Position numbers and translations under genes: made by a program. Under the pieces are notes generated by a model. The model saw nothing but the letters and a program-made list of their open reading frames with translations, was not told the DNA's origin and made no database searches. Below, in pieces: positions 1 to 8,600 of a stretch of 64,000 bases of DNA. Source of the stretch: Utricularia gibba (Eukaryota; Plantae; Magnoliophyta); NCBI GenBank assembly GCA_002189035.1, contig NEEC01000044.1, positions 4,523 to 68,522 on the forward strand, in the 5' to 3' direction. Position 1 is the first letter of the stretch; the number at the start of each line of letters is the position of its first letter.

Positions 1-131
1 CACTCGGGTTGTTCCGCTTGTATTTCCTCACGAGAGGAGATACGTTTGTGTCCTCCTTCACTTCATGGAAAGATGTGGGAGCACGCAGCAGATTATGGAG
101 ATTTGAAACAGAACACACATCACGAGGCAAC

Positions 132-446
132 CTAACGACGCAGCAACCAGCCCGACCTCGGTCTACCTGGAGCACCATCAATGAGCATGGCGTTGGAAGT
201 GGCATACTCTACATGCAAAACGTAACCACCACCTCCTCTGACGTATGCTCGGTTCTCCTTGTAGGTGGAGTGGATGGTGGTCCCGATGACGCGCCTCCTA
301 CATGCACCTCGAACCACGCAGGTAATGCAAGCACACGCAACATCATGCGTCTTCACTCCACAGCAGGAGGCTCCATGCATGTTTCTAACAGCATCGATCA
401 TTCGCTCCCCTTCATTTCGAGCTTCACGAGATGGCTGGAATACCAT
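132..446 (-). CDS. Hypothetical 104-aa ORF or possible exon fragment, no recognisable family (repeated in every copy)
   Basis: From the ORF track. The stretch ~297-170 has a run of C/G-ending codons (CGC GTC ATC GGG ACC ACC ATC CAC TCC ACC TAC AAG GAG AAC ... GCC ACT TCC AAC GCC ATG CTC), which looks more coding-like than the rest of the unit. No homology recognised. Confidence 0.15.
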   Translation of the reverse strand: MVFQPSREARNEGERMIDAVRNMHGASCCGVKTHDVACACITCVVRGACRRRVIGTTIHSTYKENRAYVRGGGGYVLHVEYATSNAMLIDGAPGRPRSGWLLRR

Positions 447-1175
447 CGAAACCCTGCATATCTTTCCTGGAGCACCCGCCCAAGTGCGACAAAGCTCCTA
501 TTTTCTTAGGACATCCGCGTCATGGCCATTCTTCGTCTCAACTTGTTTTCCCAGAGTGGGCTCGAAGGCGACGATCCGTTAACATGCAGCAAAGGAAGCC
601 AACACTCGCCAACAGAAGGTCACGCTTTGCGGAAACCATGCTCTCTAAAAGGCATTGCATAACAATCCGAACGAGCTCACCAGCAGGAACTCAGGGAACG
701 TGAGTTGGGACATGATGAAAGGGAAGTATGAGGCGAATTCGCATTCCAATGTTATCACTATTTGCGATCCCAAAATTGAATCCAAAAGTTCGTAGCAGAG
801 AGGCTGCAAAAAACTACAGAAATCGGTTCTCGAAGGCCGTACCAGCATTCCAACATGAGGGGCACACGCAAAGGGATCCTTGGAGCAACAAACGGTGGTA
901 CGCATACGCGACCAGGGTTGCGCCCAAAGTCATCGATCCTGGATCGCGGCGTTGTGAACGTCGTTTTCACAATCGTGTAGCTGTGTAGAACCATTCAAGC
1001 TGTAGAATGCAAGGTGCGCCTACATGTCCGGTGGTTCGAAGGAGCGTTCATCCGCATGAGGTTTCTGCGAGTCCAAGGGTTGGAATGCAGTCAATTAGCC
1101 ATGGGAGTAAGAAAAAAAGACGAACAAGTCGAGAAACCCTCCAAAAGGGCGCGGTGTCTAGAACACCTCCTTTGA

Positions 1176-1719
1176 GAATGGAGGGCGGATGGAACTTGCT
1201 CCACATGCCGCGAATGGAGATATGCATACGAAAAAACACCAACATCGGGTCACCGACGTCGTTGCCAAGGAACTCTCTACAAGCACCGTGTGACGACCTC
1301 CTTTGCAGCTATTGGATCCCCCTGCGGAGTGTCTCCGTACCTCGAAAAAACGAGCTTTCTACGGTAGCTCGTTTTCAGGAGCGCATGGCTCTTGAAACTC
1401 AGCACATGGATTCGCAATGATGGCAAGGGAGAGCACGTCCAATGGCGTAGTTACCGCGCCGCAATCGCATTCGAGGAGAAAAGAAGTTGTTTGGAAAAGA
1501 ATTGGGCATCAAGGAAGACCGTTCAAATAGGCTCACGAAATTTGGAATTGGAGCAGCAGTACGTGTGACTTGTGTTGCTCCACCATTATGTGCGTCGATG
1601 GGTGTAGCGTGTTTGCGCAGTTTCACAAGGATACAGGGTGGCGAACAGTAGTTTGCAATAAGCATGAAGCGGGGGGTACCGCTTGTGCACAAAAAGCTAT
1701 AAAAGCTGTCCTTGTATAA
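1176..1719 (+). CDS. Speculative spliced reading frame (exons 1176-1336, 1379-1558, 1608-1719; 150 aa, no start codon found)
   Basis: Removing the GT-AG segments 1337-1378 (42 nt) and 1559-1607 (49 nt, GTACGT...GTGTAG) removes the in-frame stops TAG 1365 and TGA 1566 and leaves a frame open to TAA 1717-1719. The product is not recognised, and the splice sites were chosen by eye. Confidence 0.12.
1347..1375. other. Perfect 10-bp inverted repeat (hairpin) with a 9-nt loop
   Basis: AAAACGAGCT (1347-1356) - TTCTACGGT - AGCTCGTTTT (1366-1375). The structure is seen directly. Its function is unknown. Confidence 0.6.
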
Positions 1720-1929
1720 TTTCCCATGGGTATGAACCAGGTGCCGGGTTCACACGCAAGCCTTCAGGTGAATCTACGTGACGATATTCATTCCAAGCTC
1801 CGTCGGATAGTGCCACCCTCGATAGCCAGCATATCAATGCTATCTTGACAGGCTGCTGACGGGAATCGACAGTCCCCGAGCTCACTTTTTGCTACATGGA
1901 TTTAAAGAAGTTGAGTAGCTTATGTTTGT

Positions 1930-2601
1930 ATGCAGAACACGAGAAGTCCCCATCCGTCGCAGAAAAGGGGCGTGGATAGATGTGAGTGTTGCCACTCCCT
2001 TCTCTATGACCTTAAAATCGTGTATTTGTGTGCTTCTTGCGGTTTGTCTTCAGACCGGAATGTCCTTCTTCGAGGTTCACTTCATTGTGGTGCACTCGGG
2101 TTGTTCCGCTTGTATTTCCTCACGAGAGGAGATACGTTTGTGTCCTCCTTCACTTCATGGAAAGATGTGGGAGCACGCAGCAGATTATGGAGATTTGAAA
2201 CAGAACACACATCACGAGGCAACCTAACGACGCAGCAACCAGCCCGACCTCGGTCTACCTGGAGCACCATCAATGAGCATGGCGTTGGAAGTGGCATACT
2301 CTACATGCAAAACGTAACCACCACCTCCTCTGACGTATGCTCGGTTCTCCTTGTAGGTGGAGTGGATGGTGGTCCCGATGACGCGCCTCCTACATGCACC
2401 TCGAACCACGCAGGTAATGCAAGCACACGCAACATCATGCGTCTTCACTCCACAGCAGGAGGCTCCATGCATGTTTCTAACAGCATCGATCATTCGCTCC
2501 CCTTCATTTCGAGCTTCACGAGATGGCTGGAATACCATCGAAACCCTGCATATCTTTCCTGGAGCACCCGCCCAAGTGCGACAAAGCTCCTATTTTCTTA
2601 G
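1930..2601 (+). CDS. Longest ORF of the unit (223 aa), hypothetical, possibly non-coding
   Basis: From the ORF track. It is intact in most copies and spans the arbitrary unit border. It is Ser/Thr-rich, has no recognisable motif or obvious ribosome-binding site, and is the in-register antisense of the 104-aa minus-strand ORF. Confidence 0.15.
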   Translation: MQNTRSPHPSQKRGVDRCECCHSLLYDLKIVYLCASCGLSSDRNVLLRGSLHCGALGLFRLYFLTRGDTFVSSFTSWKDVGARSRLWRFETEHTSRGNLTTQQPARPRSTWSTINEHGVGSGILYMQNVTTTSSDVCSVLLVGGVDGGPDDAPPTCTSNHAGNASTRNIMRLHSTAGGSMHVSNSIDHSLPFISSFTRWLEYHRNPAYLSWSTRPSATKLLFS

Positions 2602-5600
2602 GACATCCGCGTCATGGCCATTCTTCGTCTCAACTTGTTTTCCCAGAGTGGGCTCGAAGGCGACGATCCGTTAACATGCAGCAAAGGAAGCCAACACTCG
2701 CCAACAGAAGGTCACGCTTTGCGGAAACCATGCTCTCTAAAAGGCATTGCATAACAATCCGAACGAGCTCACCAGCAGGAACTCAGGGAACGTGAGTTGG
2801 GACATGATGAAAGGGAAGTATGAGGCGAATTCGCATTCCAATGTTATCACTATTTGCGATCCCAAAATTGAATCCAAAAGTTCGTAGCAGAGAGGCTGCA
2901 AAAAACTACAGAAATCGGTTCTCGAAGGCCGTACCAGCATTCCAACATGAGGGGCACACGCAAAGGGATCCTTGGAGCAACAAACGGTGGTACGCATACG
3001 CGACCAGGGTTGCGCCCAAAGTCATCGATCCTGGATCGCGGCGTTGTGAACGTCGTTTTCACAATCGTGTAGCTGTGTAGAACCATTCAAGCTGTAGAAT
3101 GCAAGGTGCGCCTACATGTCCGGTGGTTCGAAGGAGCGTTCATCCGCATGAGGTTTCTGCGAGTCCAAGGGTTGGAATGCAGTCAATTAGCCATGGGAGT
3201 AAGAAAAAAAGACGAACAAGTCGAGAAACCCTCCAAAAGGGCGCGGTGTCTAGAACACCTCCTTTGAGAATGGAGGGCGGATGGAACTTGCTCCACATGC
3301 CGCGAATGGAGATATGCATACGAAAAAACACCAACATCGGGTCACCGACGTCGTTGCCAAGGAACTCTCTACAAGCACCGTGTGACGACCTCCTTTGCAG
3401 CTATTGGATCCCCCTGCGGAGTGTCTCCGTACCTCGAAAAAACGAGCTTTCTACGGTAGCTCGTTTTCAGGAGCGCATGGCTCTTGAAACTCAGCACATG
3501 GATTCGCAATGATGGCAAGGGAGAGCACGTCCAATGGCGTAGTTACCGCGCCGCAATCGCATTCGAGGAGAAAAGAAGTTGTTTGGAAAAGAATTGGGCA
3601 TCAAGGAAGACCGTTCAAATAGGCTCACGAAATTTGGAATTGGAGCAGCAGTACGTGTGACTTGTGTTGCTCCACCATTATGTGCGTCGATGGGTGTAGC
3701 GTGTTTGCGCAGTTTCACAAGGATACAGGGTGGCGAACAGTAGTTTGCAATAAGCATGAAGCGGGGGGTACCGCTTGTGCACAAAAAGCTATAAAAGCTG
3801 TCCTTGTATAATTTCCCATGGGTATGAACCAGGTGCCGGGTTCACACGCAAGCCTTCAGGTGAATCTACGTGACGATATTCATTCCAAGCTCCGTCGGAT
3901 AGTGCCACCCTCGATAGCCAGCATATCAATGCTATCTTGACAGGCTGCTGACGGGAATCGACAGTCCCCGAGCTCACTTTTTGCTACATGGATTTAAAGA
4001 AGTTGAGTAGCTTATGTTTGTATGCAGAACACGAGAAGTCCCCATCCGTCGCAGAAAAGGGGCGTGGATAGATGTGAGTGTTGCCACTCCCTTCTCTATG
4101 ACCTTAAAATCGTGTATTTGTGTGCTTCTTGCGGTTTGTCTTCAGACCGGAATGTCCTTCTTCGAGGTTCACTTCATTGTGGTGCACTCGGGTTGTTCCG
4201 CTTGTATTTCCTCACGAGAGGAGATACGTTTGTGTCCTCCTTCACTTCATGGAAAGATGTGGGAGCACGCAGCAGATTATGGAGATTTGAAACAGAACAC
4301 ACATCACGAGGCAACCTAACGACGCAGCAACCAGCCCGACCTCGGTCTACCTGGAGCACCATCAATGAGCATGGCGTTGGAAGTGGCATACTCTACATGC
4401 AAAACGTAACCACCACCTCCTCTGACGTATGCTCGGTTCTCCTTGTAGGTGGAGTGGATGGTGGTCCCGATGACGCGCCTCCTACATGCACCTCGAACCA
4501 CGCAGGTAATGCAAGCACACGCAACATCATGCGTCTTCACTCCACAGCAGGAGGCTCCATGCATGTTTCTAACAGCATCGATCATTCGCTCCCCTTCATT
4601 TCGAGCTTCACGAGATGGCTGGAATACCATCGAAACCCTGCATATCTTTCCTGGAGCACCCGCCCAAGTGCGACAAAGCTCCTATTTTCTTAGGACATCC
4701 GCGTCATGGCCATTCTTCGTCTCAACTTGTTTTCCCAGAGTGGGCTCGAAGGCGACGATCCGTTAACATGCAGCAAAGGAAGCCAACACTCGCCAACAGA
4801 AGGTCACGCTTTGCGGAAACCATGCTCTCTAAAAGGCATTGCATAACAATCCGAACGAGCTCACCAGCAGGAACTCAGGGAACGTGAGTTGGGACATGAT
4901 GAAAGGGAAGTATGAGGCGAATTCGCATTCCAATGTTATCACTATTTGCGATCCCAAAATTGAATCCAAAAGTTCGTAGCAGAGAGGCTGCAAAAAACTA
5001 CAGAAATCGGTTCTCGAAGGCCGTACCAGCATTCCAACATGAGGGGCACACGCAAAGGGATCCTTGGAGCAACAAACGGTGGTACGCATACGCGACCAGG
5101 GTTGCGCCCAAAGTCATCGATCCTGGATCGCGGCGTTGTGAACGTCGTTTTCACAATCGTGTAGCTGTGTAGAACCATTCAAGCTGTAGAATGCAAGGTG
5201 CGCCTACATGTCCGGTGGTTCGAAGGAGCGTTCATCCGCATGAGGTTTCTGCGAGTCCAAGGGTTGGAATGCAGTCAATTAGCCATGGGAGTAAGAAAAA
5301 AAGACGAACAAGTCGAGAAACCCTCCAAAAGGGCGCGGTGTCTAGAACACCTCCTTTGAGAATGGAGGGCGGATGGAACTTGCTCCACATGCCGCGAATG
5401 GAGATATGCATACGAAAAAACACCAACATCGGGTCACCGACGTCGTTGCCAAGGAACTCTCTACAAGCACCGTGTGACGACCTCCTTTGCAGCTATTGGA
5501 TCCCCCTGCGGAGTGTCTCCGTACCTCGAAAAAACGAGCTTTCTACGGTAGCTCGTTTTCAGGAGCGCATGGCTCTTGAAACTCAGCACATGGATTCGCA

Positions 5601-8600
5601 ATGATGGCAAGGGAGAGCACGTCCAATGGCGTAGTTACCGCGCCGCAATCGCATTCGAGGAGAAAAGAAGTTGTTTGGAAAAGAATTGGGCATCAAGGAA
5701 GACCGTTCAAATAGGCTCACGAAATTTGGAATTGGAGCAGCAGTACGTGTGACTTGTGTTGCTCCACCATTATGTGCGTCGATGGGTGTAGCGTGTTTGC
5801 GCAGTTTCACAAGGATACAGGGTGGCGAACAGTAGTTTGCAATAAGCATGAAGCGGGGGGTACCGCTTGTGCACAAAAAGCTATAAAAGCTGTCCTTGTA
5901 TAATTTCCCATGGGTATGAACCAGGTGCCGGGTTCACACGCAAGCCTTCAGGTGAATCTACGTGACGATATTCATTCCAAGCTCCGTCGGATAGTGCCAC
6001 CCTCGATAGCCAGCATATCAATGCTATCTTGACAGGCTGCTGACGGGAATCGACAGTCCCCGAGCTCACTTTTTGCTACATGGATTTAAAGAAGTTGAGT
6101 AGCTTATGTTTGTATGCAGAACACGAGAAGTCCCCATCCGTCGCAGAAAAGGGGCGTGGATAGATGTGAGTGTTGCCACTCCCTTCTCTATGACCTTAAA
6201 ATCGTGTATTTGTGTGCTTCTTGCGGTTTGTCTTCAGACCGGAATGTCCTTCTTCGAGGTTCACTTCATTGTGGTGCACTCGGGTTGTTCCGCTTGTATT
6301 TCCTCACGAGAGGAGATACGTTTGTGTCCTCCTTCACTTCATGGAAAGATGTGGGAGCACGCAGCAGATTATGGAGATTTGAAACAGAACACACATCACG
6401 AGGCAACCTAACGACGCAGCAACCAGCCCGACCTCGGTCTACCTGGAGCACCATCAATGAGCATGGCGTTGGAAGTGGCATACTCTACATGCAAAACGTA
6501 ACCACCACCTCCTCTGACGTATGCTCGGTTCTCCTTGTAGGTGGAGTGGATGGTGGTCCCGATGACGCGCCTCCTACATGCACCTCGAACCACGCAGGTA
6601 ATGCAAGCACACGCAACATCATGCGTCTTCACTCCACAGCAGGAGGCTCCATGCATGTTTCTAACAGCATCGATCATTCGCTCCCCTTCATTTCGAGCTT
6701 CACGAGATGGCTGGAATACCATCGAAACCCTGCATATCTTTCCTGGAGCACCCGCCCAAGTGCGACAAAGCTCCTATTTTCTTAGGACATCCGCGTCATG
6801 GCCATTCTTCGTCTCAACTTGTTTTCCCAGAGTGGGCTCGAAGGCGACGATCCGTTAACATGCAGCAAAGGAAGCCAACACTCGCCAACAGAAGGTCACG
6901 CTTTGCGGAAACCATGCTCTCTAAAAGGCATTGCATAACAATCCGAACGAGCTCACCAGCAGGAACTCAGGGAACGTGAGTTGGGACATGATGAAAGGGA
7001 AGTATGAGGCGAATTCGCATTCCAATGTTATCACTATTTGCGATCCCAAAATTGAATCCAAAAGTTCGTAGCAGAGAGGCTGCAAAAAACTACAGAAATC
7101 GGTTCTCGAAGGCCGTACCAGCATTCCAACATGAGGGGCACACGCAAAGGGATCCTTGGAGCAACAAACGGTGGTACGCATACGCGACCAGGGTTGCGCC
7201 CAAAGTCATCGATCCTGGATCGCGGCGTTGTGAACGTCGTTTTCACAATCGTGTAGCTGTGTAGAACCATTCAAGCTGTAGAATGCAAGGTGCGCCTACA
7301 TGTCCGGTGGTTCGAAGGAGCGTTCATCCGCATGAGGTTTCTGCGAGTCCAAGGGTTGGAATGCAGTCAATTAGCCATGGGAGTAAGAAAAAAAGACGAA
7401 CAAGTCGAGAAACCCTCCAAAAGGGCGCGGTGTCTAGAACACCTCCTTTGAGAATGGAGGGCGGATGGAACTTGCTCCACATGCCGCGAATGGAGATATG
7501 CATACGAAAAAACACCAACATCGGGTCACCGACGTCGTTGCCAAGGAACTCTCTACAAGCACCGTGTGACGACCTCCTTTGCAGCTATTGGATCCCCCTG
7601 CGGAGTGTCTCCGTACCTCGAAAAAACGAGCTTTCTACGGTAGCTCGTTTTCAGGAGCGCATGGCTCTTGAAACTCAGCACATGGATTCGCAATGATGGC
7701 AAGGGAGAGCACGTCCAATGGCGTAGTTACCGCGCCGCAATCGCATTCGAGGAGAAAAGAAGTTGTTTGGAAAAGAATTGGGCATCAAGGAAGACCGTTC
7801 AAATAGGCTCACGAAATTTGGAATTGGAGCAGCAGTACGTGTGACTTGTGTTGCTCCACCATTATGTGCGTCGATGGGTGTAGCGTGTTTGCGCAGTTTC
7901 ACAAGGATACAGGGTGGCGAACAGTAGTTTGCAATAAGCATGAAGCGGGGGGTACCGCTTGTGCACAAAAAGCTATAAAAGCTGTCCTTGTATAATTTCC
8001 CATGGGTATGAACCAGGTGCCGGGTTCACACGCAAGCCTTCAGGTGAATCTACGTGACGATATTCATTCCAAGCTCCGTCGGATAGTGCCACCCTCGATA
8101 GCCAGCATATCAATGCTATCTTGACAGGCTGCTGACGGGAATCGACAGTCCCCGAGCTCACTTTTTGCTACATGGATTTAAAGAAGTTGAGTAGCTTATG
8201 TTTGTATGCAGAACACGAGAAGTCCCCATCCGTCGCAGAAAAGGGGCGTGGATAGATGTGAGTGTTGCCACTCCCTTCTCTATGACCTTAAAATCGTGTA
8301 TTTGTGTGCTTCTTGCGGTTTGTCTTCAGACCGGAATGTCCTTCTTCGAGGTTCACTTCATTGTGGTGCACTCGGGTTGTTCCGCTTGTATTTCCTCACG
8401 AGAGGAGATACGTTTGTGTCCTCCTTCACTTCATGGAAAGATGTGGGAGCACGCAGCAGATTATGGAGATTTGAAACAGAACACACATCACGAGGCAACC
8501 TAACGACGCAGCAACCAGCCCGACCTCGGTCTACCTGGAGCACCATCAATGAGCATGGCGTTGGAAGTGGCATACTCTACATGCAAAACGTAACCACCAC

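Larger units (their letters stand above)
1..2092. repeat. Reference repeat unit (copy 1). The phase is arbitrary and set by the window start
   Basis: Position 2093 restarts CACTCGGGTT. 2092 = 3x697+1, so reading frames shift by one base per copy. By my reading, EcoRI (735-740), KpnI (1675-1680), XbaI (1157-1162) and HpaI (578-583) each cut once per unit. Confidence 0.98.

Noticed and set aside
166-476. 11-mer direct repeat CCTGGAGCACC at 166-176 and 466-476, exactly 300 nt apart
   Set aside because: About 0.5 such pairs are expected by chance in 2.1 kb, and the flanks do not align.
770-840. Minus-strand resemblance to U2 snRNA (CGGCCTT…GAT…TGTAGT) with a downstream Sm-like AATTTTGG
   Set aside because: Stem I cannot pair (GGCC versus AGAA), the branch-point pairing sequence is GTAGTT rather than GTAGTA, and the Sm-like site is too close.
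1030-1043. GGTTCGAA T-loop/B-box-like motif (also GGTTCGAG on the minus strand near 315)
   Set aside because: There is no T-stem, cloverleaf or A-box. No 5S rRNA, spliced-leader or kinetoplast CSB-3 sequence was found elsewhere in the unit either.
389-1447. Longer proteins under an alternative genetic code (TGA=Trp opens frame +2 over 389-985 and 989-1447)
   Set aside because: Every frame still mixes TGA with TAA/TAG stops, and the read-through products resemble nothing I recognise.
1698-1850. TATAAAAG (1698-1705), TATAAT (1715-1720) and TTGACA (1845-1850) promoter-like words
   Set aside because: The -35 and -10 words are not paired at the right spacing or order. A single TATA 8-mer is expected by chance, and only a 40-codon ORF follows.
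132-1885. Set of 29-36-nt GT-AG segments on the minus strand (166-132, 242-209, 680-645, 842-814, 1340-1309, 1885-1856) resembling very short protist introns
   Set aside because: I could not join them into a consistent open frame. Comparable candidates exist on the plus strand, so the signal is not specific.
431-1885. Remaining 60-137-aa ORFs of the unit
   Set aside because: They overlap on both strands, have Arg/Ser/Cys-rich random-like composition and no motifs, as expected by chance in ~50% GC DNA.
1-2092. Circovirus/CRESS-DNA virus or rolling-circle plasmid genome (size fits ~2 kb)
   Set aside because: No ORF long enough for Rep, no HUH or Walker A motifs in any frame, and no NANTATTAC nonamer on either strand.
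1-2092. Viroid-like, deltavirus-like or obelisk circular RNA
   Set aside because: No hammerhead core (CUGANGA…GAAA) and no extended rod-like self-complementarity seen by eye. The length is not a multiple of 3, so there is no endless ORF. A folding and covariance-model run would be needed to exclude it fully.
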